A stretch of DNA of 58,747 bases, from positions 1 to 58,747 of IMG/VR virus record IMGVR_UViG_3300032334_001918; one strand, 5' to 3'. The notes below the pieces were generated by a model that made no database searches, was not told where the DNA came from, and was given only the letters and a program-made list of their open reading frames with translations. The DNA comes from a virus. Its lineage: Duplodnaviria; Caudoviricetes. Positions 1-10,314 of this stretch are shown piece after piece. Position 1 is the first letter of the stretch; each line of letters opens with the position of its first letter. The position numbers were made by a program, and so were the translations under genes.

Positions 1-400
1 GGTATTTTATAATATGGCAGAAGTTCCTTTTGAAAATAAAACATCATTATTTTATTTCAGTAGAAATTTCATCAATGAAAAGAAATTACTGCAAGACTTA
101 AATCCATCAAATGTTCCATATATCTTTATTCATGACGATCCTTCCAGAGGATTTAATATGGATATGGATAAAATTAGAAAAGATTTATTAGTGATAAGAC
201 CTACTGTTGGATATAAAATTTTTGATTATCTTGGTCTTCTTGAAAATGCCGAAGAAATCCACGTGATGGAATCCTGCTTTCAAGTTCTTGTCGATACCCA
301 AAGATTCAGTAAGCCTTCTCTGTATCTTCATAGATACATAAGGAATTACGATGACTTTATGCTCCCAGAGCAATCAAATAATTATAAAATGGTGTATTAG
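1..400 (+). CDS. Hypothetical protein of glycosylation island (GT-B-like C-terminal part), probably 5'-truncated by the window
   Basis: Frame is open upstream of ATG 14 to the window edge. IFIHDDPSRG and IFDY..LLENAEEIH resemble phage glycosylation-island proteins (from memory). Confidence 0.5.
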   Translation, partial: VFYNMAEVPFENKTSLFYFSRNFINEKKLLQDLNPSNVPYIFIHDDPSRGFNMDMDKIRKDLLVIRPTVGYKIFDYLGLLENAEEIHVMESCFQVLVDTQRFSKPSLYLHRYIRNYDDFMLPEQSNNYKMVY

Positions 401-408
401 GAGAATGA

Positions 409-1422
409 ATGAAAGCTGCAGTTTTAGTTGAACTTAATTCTAAATTACAGGTTGCTGATGTACAACTAACTCCACTAAAAGTTGGGCAAGTTTTAGTTAA
501 GGTATTGATTAGTGGAATTTGCGGCTCCCAACTGCATGAAATAAATGGTAATAAAGGAAATGGTAAATTCCTACCTCATCTTATGGGACATGAAGGTTGC
601 GGTATTGTTGAAGAAATTGGTGAAGGCGTTACCAACGTAAAGGTTGGTGATAAAGTCGTTATGCATTGGAGAAAGGGTTCTGGAATTGAGGCTCCCTTTC
701 CCACATATATCTTTGAAGGTAAGAATATGAGTAGTGGTAAGGTGACTACACTCAGCGAATACTCAATCACATCAGAAAATAGATTGACTAAAGTCCCTCA
801 AGATATGCCGCCTGAATTTTGCGCTATCCTTGGATGCGCATTAACCACTGCGCTCGGTATTATTGATAATGAAGTTAATTTAAAACTTGGGGAAAGCTTG
901 GCTGTAATTGGGTGTGGTGGAGTTGGTTTGAATTTGATTCAAGCTGCAACAATGAAAAATGCATGTCCAATAATTGCAATTGATAATAACCCAAATAAAA
1001 AAGATCTTTGCTTAACTGCAGGCGCGAATCAATTTTACACCTCAGTGAATGAAGTTAAAGAGAAGATTGATGTTGTCATAGACACTACTGGAGTTTCATC
1101 AGTAATCGACCAAGGTATTTCTATTCTTTCTGGAACTGGAAGAATGATTCTTGTTGGTCAGCCAGCTCCTGGAAAAGTTGTTTCAATAAACAATGCTCTA
1201 AATCTATTCAATGGCGAGGGTCAAAGTATTAAAGCCACCCAAGGTGGTAAGACAAACCCTCACGAAGACATTCCTAGATATGTTAAGCTGCATAAGCAGG
1301 GGTTGTTAGATGTTAATAAACTCATAACCCATACATTCACTTTAGATCAAATTAATGATGCTTTTGATTTGCTAAAAAGTGGAAATGCAGGTAGAATAAT
1401 GATTAAGATAAACAATTACTGA
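409..1422 (+). CDS. Zn-dependent alcohol dehydrogenase (MDR family)
   Basis: GICGSQ, GHEGCG and GCGGVG Rossmann motifs; lacks the 4-Cys structural Zn lobe; RBS AGGAG. Confidence 0.9.
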   Translation: MKAAVLVELNSKLQVADVQLTPLKVGQVLVKVLISGICGSQLHEINGNKGNGKFLPHLMGHEGCGIVEEIGEGVTNVKVGDKVVMHWRKGSGIEAPFPTYIFEGKNMSSGKVTTLSEYSITSENRLTKVPQDMPPEFCAILGCALTTALGIIDNEVNLKLGESLAVIGCGGVGLNLIQAATMKNACPIIAIDNNPNKKDLCLTAGANQFYTSVNEVKEKIDVVIDTTGVSSVIDQGISILSGTGRMILVGQPAPGKVVSINNALNLFNGEGQSIKATQGGKTNPHEDIPRYVKLHKQGLLDVNKLITHTFTLDQINDAFDLLKSGNAGRIMIKINNY

Positions 1423-1436
1423 AAAGGGTAGAAAAT

Positions 1437-2096
1437 ATGTCTAAGATAGAACAATTTAAGATTAATGTCTTAAATGAATATGAAAAAATTCATGGACCTC
1501 ATAATATTGTTGGCGATGAAACTGATATGAAGTTTCACGGAACTCAACGCCCATGGGAATTTTTTAGGGCTTGGGAAGTTATTGAAAAATATCTCCCAGA
1601 TACTGATGAAGTTTCTTTTTTGGAGATTGGTGCAGCAAAGGGATTGTGGTCTATAGCATTTATTGAAATGTGTAAACTTTATAACAAAAAACCCGTTTAT
1701 GTTACAGTTTCAATGTTAACTGGTTCTTCTTTATTTTCTTCTGATCTATCGTGGAATCCAACACTTTTAAATGTAAAGAAATATTATGAGGGTCAGTATA
1801 GTGAATGGGTTTTATTTGATAGAAATTCTCAAACTGAAGAATCAAAAGATTTAGTTATCGGTATTCGTCCGAAATATGATTTTGTTTTCATTGACGCGGA
1901 CCACACATATAATGGCGTATTTAATGACACTAAATTATATTCTCCACTAGCTAAATCTCTTTTAATTTATCACGATATAGGACCTCCGTATGAAGGAAGC
2001 GTTGTTCGCGCAATTAAAGATAGTGGAATAGAATTGCACCATAAAATAATGGCTCCAAACACGGGAGAGGGAATTGGTATCCACCTAAAGGATTGA
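1437..2096 (+). CDS. Class I SAM-dependent methyltransferase (Methyltransf_24-like)
   Basis: FLEIGAAKG, YDFVFIDADHTY and IYHDI motifs. Confidence 0.75.
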   Translation: MSKIEQFKINVLNEYEKIHGPHNIVGDETDMKFHGTQRPWEFFRAWEVIEKYLPDTDEVSFLEIGAAKGLWSIAFIEMCKLYNKKPVYVTVSMLTGSSLFSSDLSWNPTLLNVKKYYEGQYSEWVLFDRNSQTEESKDLVIGIRPKYDFVFIDADHTYNGVFNDTKLYSPLAKSLLIYHDIGPPYEGSVVRAIKDSGIELHHKIMAPNTGEGIGIHLKD

Positions 2097-2106
2097 TGAG
2101 AAATAT

Positions 2107-3306
2107 ATGAAACTTAAATTGACTAAAGAAGATTTGATAAATTTTGTTGATAAAATGGCAAAACATCATGATGCTGGAAGACTACCTTTCGCAATTCATC
2201 TCCCAGGTGGGAATGAAGAAAAATTAATTGATATTTTTAGTAATATCAACGAAGGCGATTATGTACTTTCTACGCATAGAAATTGGTATCATGCTCTTTT
2301 GCACGGTCTTCCTGCTGATGAAGTTGAGAATAAAATTCTCAATGGAAGAAGCATGTTCATGTTTGATCGCAATAGAAACTTTTTTGTATCAGCAATTATT
2401 GGCGGAACTCCTGCAATTGCAGTCGGTATTGCCTGGGCTCTAAAGAAAAAGGGATCTAAGCAAAAAGTTTGGTGTTTTATTGGTGATGGTGTTGAAGACA
2501 CAGGACACTTTGCTGAAGCAGTGCGATATGTCGACGGCTTTGATCTTCCTTGTACATTTGTTATTGAAGATGATGGAATGGCAGTAGAAGCACCAAAGAA
2601 ACTAAGATGGGGTACAGATAAAAATTTAGATTGGCCATCTTGCGTTCAACGTTATCATTATACCAAAACTAGACCCCACATCAGAACTGGTAATTTTGCT
2701 GATATGAAAGTGATGAAGTCTGTTATGAAAACAGATGAGCAATATTTTCCTCCATTACAGCCAACTGTTTATGTTCCAGAAAATACCCAAACTGATTTTT
2801 CTTTTAAAGAAGCGGTGACTCAAGGTATGACGGAATTGGGTAATAATGGGGCAATCTTTATTGGATATAGTATAATTCCGGGCGATGCTATGGGAACATT
2901 GAAACATGTACCTATAGAACAAAAAATTGAAACTCCAGTTGCTGAAAATTTAATGGTCGGACTTGCAATTGGAATGTCTTTCGAGGGCTTCAAAGCAGTC
3001 GTATATTTTGAGCGTCATGACTTTATGTTAGTTGCTGCAGATGCAATTGCTAATCATATGGATAAGATTGAAAGAATCTCGCATGGAGAATTTAAAGTTC
3101 CTGTTGTACTGAAAACAGTAATTGATGATGGTGGGTTATTCTATTCTGGTCCGACGCACTCTCAAGACTTCACATCAACATTTAAAGAGATGTTAAATTT
3201 TCCTGTAATTGAACCTATGACTCCAGGCGAAGCTCTATCTGCATATAAATTCGCTAAAGAACATAATGGTCCAGTCATGGTCGTAGAGCATAAGAAGTTC
3301 CACTAA
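2107..3306 (+). CDS. Fused TPP-dependent enzyme: dehydrogenase E1-alpha-like domain plus E1-beta/transketolase pyrimidine-binding domain
   Basis: STHR and GDG...VIEDD TPP motif in the N-half; ETPVAENLMVGLAIG and GPTHSQ in the C-half. Confidence 0.85.
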   Translation: MKLKLTKEDLINFVDKMAKHHDAGRLPFAIHLPGGNEEKLIDIFSNINEGDYVLSTHRNWYHALLHGLPADEVENKILNGRSMFMFDRNRNFFVSAIIGGTPAIAVGIAWALKKKGSKQKVWCFIGDGVEDTGHFAEAVRYVDGFDLPCTFVIEDDGMAVEAPKKLRWGTDKNLDWPSCVQRYHYTKTRPHIRTGNFADMKVMKSVMKTDEQYFPPLQPTVYVPENTQTDFSFKEAVTQGMTELGNNGAIFIGYSIIPGDAMGTLKHVPIEQKIETPVAENLMVGLAIGMSFEGFKAVVYFERHDFMLVAADAIANHMDKIERISHGEFKVPVVLKTVIDDGGLFYSGPTHSQDFTSTFKEMLNFPVIEPMTPGEALSAYKFAKEHNGPVMVVEHKKFH

Positions 3307-3314
3307 TATAAATT

Positions 3315-4043
3315 ATGAAAAAAATTCTTGTTATTGGCGAAAGCTCTAGAGATGTATTTGTCTATTGTGATGCGCTTCGATTATGCCCTGACGTACCTGT
3401 TCCAGTATTGAACATCAAAGATCAATCTGAAAATCCTGGAATGGCAAAAAATGTTCAAAGAAACATACAGAGCTTAATGAGAGAATGTGATATCATCACT
3501 AATTCTAATTGGTATGATATTTGTAAAACAAGATATGTGCACGAAAAGAGCAATCATATGTTCTTCCGCGTAGATAGCAAGCATGACATTTCTAGGATTG
3601 ATCTCGGTACAATTAACTACAACTATGATATAATTGTTATTTCTGATTATAACAAAGGGTTTTTAACCACAGAAGATATAGAAATAATTTCATCAAATCA
3701 CCCAAATGTTTTTATTGACACTAAAAAAGTATTAGGACCTTGGGTGAATAAATGTAAAATTATAAAAATTAATGACTTCGAGTATCAAAACTCTAAGGAT
3801 TTTATCACCCAAGAAATTAAAGATAAAATTATCCATACAATGGGTTCAGAAGGTTGTGAGTTTGGTGGTAAAAAATATTCTGTAGATAAAGTTGAAGTGA
3901 AAGATGTTTCTGGCGCGGGAGATACCTTTATGGCAGGATTAGTTGTGAAATATTCTCAATCACAAAATATAGAAGAATCAATTATGTTTGCGAATAGATG
4001 TGCGTCGACCGTCATAAAACAAAAAGGGGTTACTTCAATTTAA
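3315..4043 (+). CDS. PfkB-family sugar kinase, HldE/RfaE kinase-domain-like
   Basis: RLCPDVPVPV, ISDYNKG and DVSGAGDTF motifs. Confidence 0.85.
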   Translation: MKKILVIGESSRDVFVYCDALRLCPDVPVPVLNIKDQSENPGMAKNVQRNIQSLMRECDIITNSNWYDICKTRYVHEKSNHMFFRVDSKHDISRIDLGTINYNYDIIVISDYNKGFLTTEDIEIISSNHPNVFIDTKKVLGPWVNKCKIIKINDFEYQNSKDFITQEIKDKIIHTMGSEGCEFGGKKYSVDKVEVKDVSGAGDTFMAGLVVKYSQSQNIEESIMFANRCASTVIKQKGVTSI

Positions 4044-4445
4044 ATGAAAACTATTTTTATGACTGGAACATTCGATGTGCTCCATAGAGGACACATCGAA
4101 GTGTTAAAATATGCAAAAAGTTTAGGCGATAAATTAACTATAGCCGTAGATACAGATGCCAGAGTTAAGAAACTTAAGGGTAAAACTCGCCCTATCTATA
4201 GTCTAGAAGACAGAATTTGCATGTTACTTTCTATTCGTTATGTTGATGACGTAGTTTCTTTTAATTCTGACGAAGATCTAATCCAATTACTAAAACAATC
4301 TAATCCAGACATTTTATTAGCTGGTTCTGACTGGAAACATAAACCAGGAATTGGAAGAGAATACGCAAAAGAAGTCATGTATTTTGATCGCATAGAACCA
4401 CATTCAACAACTAATACAATATTGAAGGCTATTAATAATGAATAA
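4044..4445 (+). CDS. Cytidylyltransferase-family nucleotidyltransferase, HldE/RfaE domain II-like
   Basis: GTFDVLHRGH (HxGH), KGKTRP and STT motifs. Confidence 0.88.
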   Translation: MKTIFMTGTFDVLHRGHIEVLKYAKSLGDKLTIAVDTDARVKKLKGKTRPIYSLEDRICMLLSIRYVDDVVSFNSDEDLIQLLKQSNPDILLAGSDWKHKPGIGREYAKEVMYFDRIEPHSTTNTILKAINNE

Positions 4446-5139
4446 AATTATCTCTATGAGTATTTGGGGCGATAATCCAAGATACATTATCGGTACAAAA
4501 AAACAAGTAGCTCTAGGTAAAAAATACTATCCAGAATGGAGATCTAGAGTCTATACTGATGATGTTAGAAAATTTGAAGACATTAAAGATGATTGCGATC
4601 TTATACAAGTAAATGATGACACTTGGGGATTTTATTGGAGATTTTTTCCATTATACGAAAGCGAAGATAATATTGTAATGGTTAGAGATCCTGATAGTAG
4701 AATAACCATCAGAGAAAAGATGTGCATTGATGAATGGTTAGCTTCTGGTAAAAAGTTCCACACATTTAAAGACCACGAAGCACATTATGAATTTCCTATC
4801 ATTGGCTGCGCATATGCTTATCGCGGTAAATTTGATGATCGCACTTTAGAAATTATGAAATATTTTATGAATCATCATAAGTATTATCTTAGCGATCAAA
4901 TCTTCCTGAGAGATGTTATTTACCCTCAAGTTAAAGATGACATGATGCTACATTCAATGTATGAAGGATGGTTCGGCGAAACACGAAAAAAATTAAAGAA
5001 TAAGTATTCTTTTTGCGGTAATGGATATTATGAAAATGATATGCCAATTTATCCAGATTCATTAGCCAACGCTGCGACATTTGATTCATCAACCTTATCA
5101 GAAGATTGTAAATTTGATGAAGGTGTTATGTTTGATTAA
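4438..5139 (+). CDS. Putative glycosyltransferase-like protein
   Basis: ISMSIWGDNPRY, WRFFP, RDPDSR (DxD-like) and DQIFL motifs; island context. Confidence 0.55.
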   Translation: MNKIISMSIWGDNPRYIIGTKKQVALGKKYYPEWRSRVYTDDVRKFEDIKDDCDLIQVNDDTWGFYWRFFPLYESEDNIVMVRDPDSRITIREKMCIDEWLASGKKFHTFKDHEAHYEFPIIGCAYAYRGKFDDRTLEIMKYFMNHHKYYLSDQIFLRDVIYPQVKDDMMLHSMYEGWFGETRKKLKNKYSFCGNGYYENDMPIYPDSLANAATFDSSTLSEDCKFDEGVMFD

Positions 5140-5153
5140 CATTGAGGATATTT

Positions 5154-6062
5154 GTGAATATATTAATACTTGGTGGGACTGGTTTTATTGGATCTAATCT
5201 ACTCGAAAGATTAGATGGTTCCGATCATAAAATTAAAGTATTATTGAGAAATCACAATAAAGATATCAAACCATATTCTAACGTAGAATACTTCTATTCT
5301 GAATATTCAAAAATAGAAGAAGTGCCTAATTTATTCAACAACGTTGAGCTAGTTGTAAATTTAATAACTACAACATATCCGACCACTTCAAATAGTGACA
5401 TGGTATATGATATTAATAGCAATTTAATTAATGCAGTTAAATTGCTAGACCTTATGAAACACCATAAGATTAATAAATCAATTTTCATTTCTTCAGGTGG
5501 TTCTGTTTATGGTAATACATCAAAACAATTTGTCAATGAAGAAGATCCATTAAACCCAATTTCGTCTTATAGTATTGTTAAGGTTGCTATAGAAAGTTAT
5601 TTAAGACTGTACCACCATTTGTATGGAATTGAATATACGATTTTGCGCGCGTCTAATCCATATGGGAAACAGCAATCTAAGATTGGAATTCAGGGAATTA
5701 TCCCAACAATTTTTGATAGAATAATGAACGATAACCCATTGGAAATATGGGGAGACGGTAGCGTAATTAGAGATTACATTTACATCGATGATTTGATAGA
5801 TGCTATAGTTGTTTCTATAGAACAAAACATATTTGGCACATACAATATTGGCAGTGGTATCGGTTCTAGCATTTTAGAAGTGGTTGAGACAATAGAAGAG
5901 ATAACTAAAAAGAAATGCAACATTAAATTCTACCCAGAAAGAAAATTTGACGTCAAAAGAGTTGTACTAGATACTAATAAATTTAAGGATGTCTCTGAAT
6001 GGATTCCTAAAACATCTCTGAAAAGTGGTTGTGAAAAATATTTTGAACTTTTGAAAAATTGA
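5154..6062 (+). CDS. NAD-dependent epimerase/dehydratase (extended SDR)
   Basis: GGTGFIG, YSIVK (YxxxK) and RDYIYIDD motifs; GTG start 5154 behind GAGGA. Confidence 0.9.
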   Translation: MNILILGGTGFIGSNLLERLDGSDHKIKVLLRNHNKDIKPYSNVEYFYSEYSKIEEVPNLFNNVELVVNLITTTYPTTSNSDMVYDINSNLINAVKLLDLMKHHKINKSIFISSGGSVYGNTSKQFVNEEDPLNPISSYSIVKVAIESYLRLYHHLYGIEYTILRASNPYGKQQSKIGIQGIIPTIFDRIMNDNPLEIWGDGSVIRDYIYIDDLIDAIVVSIEQNIFGTYNIGSGIGSSILEVVETIEEITKKKCNIKFYPERKFDVKRVVLDTNKFKDVSEWIPKTSLKSGCEKYFELLKN

Positions 6063-6074
6063 ATAGGAATTTTT

Positions 6075-7079
6075 ATGAAAACTGCATTGATTACAGGAAT
6101 TACTGGGCAAGATGGTTCATATCTTGCAGAACTTCTCCTCGAGAAGGGTTATGAGGTTCATGGTATAATTCGTCGTTCATCGTCAATTAATACGAGACGT
6201 CTAGACCATATCTACCATCAAATTAAACTTCACTATGGTGATTTGACTGATGCTCTAAGTTTAACTTCTATAATTCAAAAGATTAAACCAGACGAGATTT
6301 ATAATCTTGGTGCGCAAAGTCACGTTAAGGTCTCATTCGAGATTCCTGAATATACTGCACAAGTTGATGCAGTTGGAACCCTTAGAGTTTTAGAAGCAGT
6401 TAGACTTTTAGGTCTCGAGAAAACTACTAGAATCTACCAAGCATCTACTTCTGAACTGTTCGGTTTAGTTCAAGAGACACCACAAAAAGAAACAACTCCA
6501 TTTTATCCGCGTTCGCCGTATGGTGTGGCTAAAATTTATGGTTATTGGGCAACAAAGAATTATCGAGAGGCGTATGGAATCTATGCTTGCACTGGTATCC
6601 TCTTTAATCATGAATCGCCTCGTCGTGGTGAAACTTTCGTTACTCGTAAAATAACTAGAGCATTTCGTAGCATCATGCACGATGAACAAGATATTTTATA
6701 TCTTGGAAATTTAAATGCGAAAAGAGACTGGGGTCACGCTAAGGATTTTGTTGAAGCAATGTGGCTCATGCTCCAGCAAGATACACCTGATGATTACGTC
6801 ATCGCGACTGGTGAACAATATTCCGTTCGGCAATTTGTAGAGAAGGTCGCTGAGTATCATGGTATAAATCTTGGTTGGCGCGGCGAAGGTCTAGATGAAG
6901 TCGGATATGATACAGCTACTGGTGACGTTTATGTTAAAGTAGATCCTAAGTATTTCAGACCCACCGAAGTAGAAACTTTACTCGGCGATTCGACGAAAGC
7001 GAGAACCCAACTTGGTTGGAAGCCAAAATATTCATTCGACCAACTAGTTCAAGATATGTGCGAAAATGAAAATGGATAA
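6075..7079 (+). CDS. gmd: GDP-mannose 4,6-dehydratase
   Basis: [32 protein letters not shown] and [15 protein letters not shown] motifs. Confidence 0.97.
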   Translation: MKTALITGITGQDGSYLAELLLEKGYEVHGIIRRSSSINTRRLDHIYHQIKLHYGDLTDALSLTSIIQKIKPDEIYNLGAQSHVKVSFEIPEYTAQVDAVGTLRVLEAVRLLGLEKTTRIYQASTSELFGLVQETPQKETTPFYPRSPYGVAKIYGYWATKNYREAYGIYACTGILFNHESPRRGETFVTRKITRAFRSIMHDEQDILYLGNLNAKRDWGHAKDFVEAMWLMLQQDTPDDYVIATGEQYSVRQFVEKVAEYHGINLGWRGEGLDEVGYDTATGDVYVKVDPKYFRPTEVETLLGDSTKARTQLGWKPKYSFDQLVQDMCENENG

Positions 7080-7439
7080 TGTGAGATCTTTGAGCGAATT
7101 TAATTTTGAAAATATTGAGAACATTTGCTTTTTCAATCATTTCCATAATGGCGACTGTTTAGCCACTAAAGAATTCGTCAGAGAGTTCATTACAGTTTTT
7201 GGTAACAAAAAATTTAAATACCTGCATACAAAAAATAAAAAGGTACTTTTCGACCTTCCTTGCGAATATGTAGATCTAACAAAAGAACCTAAACTTCCGC
7301 ATAATGAAAGATTTATCATAAAAGATAACCAACTGTTTGTTTTCCATTTAAATTACACTTCCCGTGCATCTTTAAATTTGTAGAAGATACTGATATTGGT
7401 GTTATGGTAGATGCAGCTGAGCACATTTTAAATATTTGA
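7066..7439 (+). pseudogene. Internally deleted or frameshifted glycosylation-island gene
   Basis: The N-terminal frame (CFFNHFHNGD...KDNQLFV) stops at 7383. A second frame from ~7329 reads PTVCFPFKLHFPCIFKFVEDTDIGVMVDAAEHILNI* and ends at 7439, just before the fcl RBS. Confidence 0.5.
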
Positions 7440-7451
7440 CGGAGAATTGCC

Positions 7452-8396
7452 TTGGATAAAAATTCTAAAATTTTCATTGCTGGTCATCGAGGACTAGTTG
7501 GGTCTGCGCTCTTAAGAAATCTAAACTTAAAAGGCTATACTAATGTCGTCACGGTAGATAAGAATGTAGTCGACCTCAGAAATCAACAGCAAGTTCAAGA
7601 CTGGTTCAATGAAAATAAACCAGAATATGTTTTCCTTGCTGCAGCGAAAGTCGGTGGTATTGGATTTAACAAAAATTTCCCAGCAGATTTTGCTAGGGAT
7701 AATTTACAAATACAAACTAATGTGATTGATTCTGCTTATCAAAATGGGTGTAAGAAACTGTTATTCATGGGTTCTGCATGCATATATCCAAAGCATGCTC
7801 CAGTTCCAATTAAAGAAGAATACTTGATGACATCTGAACTAGAGTCGACAAATATTGCATATTCTATTGCAAAAATTGCTGGTTATATTATGTGTAAGAA
7901 ATATACTGAGCAATACGGATTTGAAACTATTTCTTTGATGCCAAATAATCTTTATGGAATTAACGATAACTTCAATCCAAAAGAATGTCATGTTATTCCC
8001 AGCTTTATTAATAGATTCATTGACGCTAAAGAAAAGAATCTACCAGAGGTTGTGTGTTATGGAGATGGCACTCCAACTCGAGAATTCTTATTCTCTGATG
8101 ATCTAGCTGATGGTGCTGTTTTCTTAATGGAAAACTATAATGATCCAGATATTATTAATATTGGTCCTAATAGAGAAGTTAGCATCAAAGAACTTTCTGA
8201 GATTGTTGCTAGATGTGTTGGATATGATGGTAAAATTGTCTGGGATACTAGTATGTCAAATGGTACACCAAGAAGAATGTTAGACACAACAAAGATGGAT
8301 AGTTTGGGTTGGATAGCCAAAACTTCTTTAGAAGATGGTATGAAGCATACAGTTGAATGGTTCCTTGCTAATAAAGAAAATTATGTCAGAATTTAA
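7452..8396 (+). CDS. fcl: GDP-L-fucose synthase / GDP-colitose synthase (ColC)-like epimerase-reductase
   Basis: AGHRGLVGSA, AAAKVGGI, SACIYPK, YSIAK and HVIPS motifs; TTG start behind GGAGA. Confidence 0.93.
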   Translation: MDKNSKIFIAGHRGLVGSALLRNLNLKGYTNVVTVDKNVVDLRNQQQVQDWFNENKPEYVFLAAAKVGGIGFNKNFPADFARDNLQIQTNVIDSAYQNGCKKLLFMGSACIYPKHAPVPIKEEYLMTSELESTNIAYSIAKIAGYIMCKKYTEQYGFETISLMPNNLYGINDNFNPKECHVIPSFINRFIDAKEKNLPEVVCYGDGTPTREFLFSDDLADGAVFLMENYNDPDIINIGPNREVSIKELSEIVARCVGYDGKIVWDTSMSNGTPRRMLDTTKMDSLGWIAKTSLEDGMKHTVEWFLANKENYVRI

Positions 8397-9555
8397 TTGG
8401 CCATTGATGCAAAACTCTATAACTTTAGGGGACAAATATAAGCTCTTAAAATTTATATTGACAACTTCTCTTTATACGCAAGGAAAGAAAGTTGTGAAAT
8501 TTGAAGATGCTTGGTCTAAATGGTTGGGAGCTAAACATTCACTATTCGTAACTTCTGGAAGCACAGCGAATTTCCTTTTAGTTTCTGCTGTTATGGAAAA
8601 ATATAATATCAAACCAGGCGATAAGGTTTTGCTTCCAGCATGCACATGGGTAACAAATGTTTCTCCTCCAATGCAGCTAGGATTAAAGCCTATTTTTTGC
8701 GATGTGAATTTGCAAAATTATTCTTTTGATGAATCTCATCTCTCGAGAATTGCTCGTAAACATAAGAACATCAAATTAATCTTTGTTACACATTTGCTCG
8801 GAATTCCTGCCCCATATCATAAACTAAAAGAACTATTTCCTAAAGCTGTCATCATTGACGATGTTTGCGAATCACATGGATGTTTAGATGTAGACTTTTC
8901 TAAAGTTGGTTCTAATAGTGTCGGTGCAACATATAGTTTCTATTTTGGACATCATATGACCACAATAGAGGGTGGAATAGTTTCAACCAATGATTCTGAA
9001 CTATATGATTTGATGAGAATGAAGCGCTCTCATGGCATGTCTAGAAATTCTGCAAATCTAAAAAAATACGCAGAAGAGAATCCAGATATTCAAAAATCCT
9101 TTTTGTTTGTAACTGATGGTTATAACTTTAGGAATACTGAATTTTCTGCAGTACTAGGATTGAGTCAACTTAAGAGACTTGATTCGTTTATTGAAACCCG
9201 AAAAGATAATTTTGTAAACTTTGTACGAATTGTAAACTCTTATCCTGATCATTTATTTCCTGTAACATTCCATCCAGGAAATAGTAGTTTTTGTTTTCCA
9301 TTTATTGCAAAGAATAGAGAAATTAAAGAAAGGTTAATAAAAGCTTTTGATGAGAATGGTATCGAACATAGACCTATTGTTGGAGGTAATCTATTGCGCC
9401 AACCATTTCTAAGAAACAATAAAGATATTGAGATACCTAATTGTCCTAATGCAAATATTCTTCATGAGAATGGAGTTTATGTTGGGAATAATCAGTTTGT
9501 TTCTTCAAAAGAAATGCAGAAACTGAATAAAATTTTAATTGATTTATTTGGATAA
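8383..9555 (+). CDS. DegT/DnrJ-family PLP enzyme, ColD-like GDP-4-keto-6-deoxymannose 3-dehydratase
   Basis: SGSTAN, DVCESHG and SFYFGHHMTTIEGG; His occupies the Schiff-base Lys position as in ColD/E1; ATG 8383 preferred. Confidence 0.8.
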   Translation: MSEFNWPLMQNSITLGDKYKLLKFILTTSLYTQGKKVVKFEDAWSKWLGAKHSLFVTSGSTANFLLVSAVMEKYNIKPGDKVLLPACTWVTNVSPPMQLGLKPIFCDVNLQNYSFDESHLSRIARKHKNIKLIFVTHLLGIPAPYHKLKELFPKAVIIDDVCESHGCLDVDFSKVGSNSVGATYSFYFGHHMTTIEGGIVSTNDSELYDLMRMKRSHGMSRNSANLKKYAEENPDIQKSFLFVTDGYNFRNTEFSAVLGLSQLKRLDSFIETRKDNFVNFVRIVNSYPDHLFPVTFHPGNSSFCFPFIAKNREIKERLIKAFDENGIEHRPIVGGNLLRQPFLRNNKDIEIPNCPNANILHENGVYVGNNQFVSSKEMQKLNKILIDLFG

Positions 9556-9560
9556 TTTAT

Positions 9561-10310
9561 ATGAAAATATTATGTTTTATTTTTTCTTGGAAAGGTCAAT
9601 ATATAAATGCAATTAACCTGGAAGAACAGGTTGCTCCATTTGTTGACCATTTAGTTGTAATCAATTCTGATGATGACAATAAGCCAAAACACTGGGTCAA
9701 TATCGGCAATGAATGCTATTTTTCCGATCAATTTAGAAAAGCTCTAGAGATCGCTAATCATTATGAGTATGATGTTCTGTGGCACATTCAAGCTGATGCA
9801 TCAATTGATTATGATGATATGCAATCTATAGTTAATGCAGCTAAGAAGACAAAAGAAAAATATGATTGGGGAATTTATGCACCCAATGTTGATGATACTT
9901 TTTATATTCCAGAAAGAACTGATGTGTTTAATTTAGAAAGTAATCTTAAAGTGGTTGCCACACCAGACAATACTTGTTGGATGATAACAAAAGATCTTAT
10001 AGATAAGATGAGATCAAATCTCCATTTAATGGAAACTAACCAATTAGGATGGGGTTGGGATTTAATTATTTGCGGACTCGCACACATAGAACAGAAGAAA
10101 GTTATAAGAGATTATAACTATACAGTGAATCATCCTAAATCTACAGGATATAAGAAAGAACAAGCTGAAATAGAAATGGCAGAAATGTTCGCTAAATGTC
10201 CAGATAGTTTAAAAGAAGCAATTTATTACATTAAAGTTCAGCCGCATAGTTTGGCTAAATTTTATGGAGTAGAGACAACCTCTAAATTATTCACATACAG
10301 TACCTATTAA
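9561..10310 (+). CDS. Putative glycosyltransferase (GT-A-like)
   Basis: IQADA, GWGWD and VNHP motifs; island context. Confidence 0.5.
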   Translation: MKILCFIFSWKGQYINAINLEEQVAPFVDHLVVINSDDDNKPKHWVNIGNECYFSDQFRKALEIANHYEYDVLWHIQADASIDYDDMQSIVNAAKKTKEKYDWGIYAPNVDDTFYIPERTDVFNLESNLKVVATPDNTCWMITKDLIDKMRSNLHLMETNQLGWGWDLIICGLAHIEQKKVIRDYNYTVNHPKSTGYKKEQAEIEMAEMFAKCPDSLKEAIYYIKVQPHSLAKFYGVETTSKLFTYSTY

Positions 10311-10314
10311 AAAT

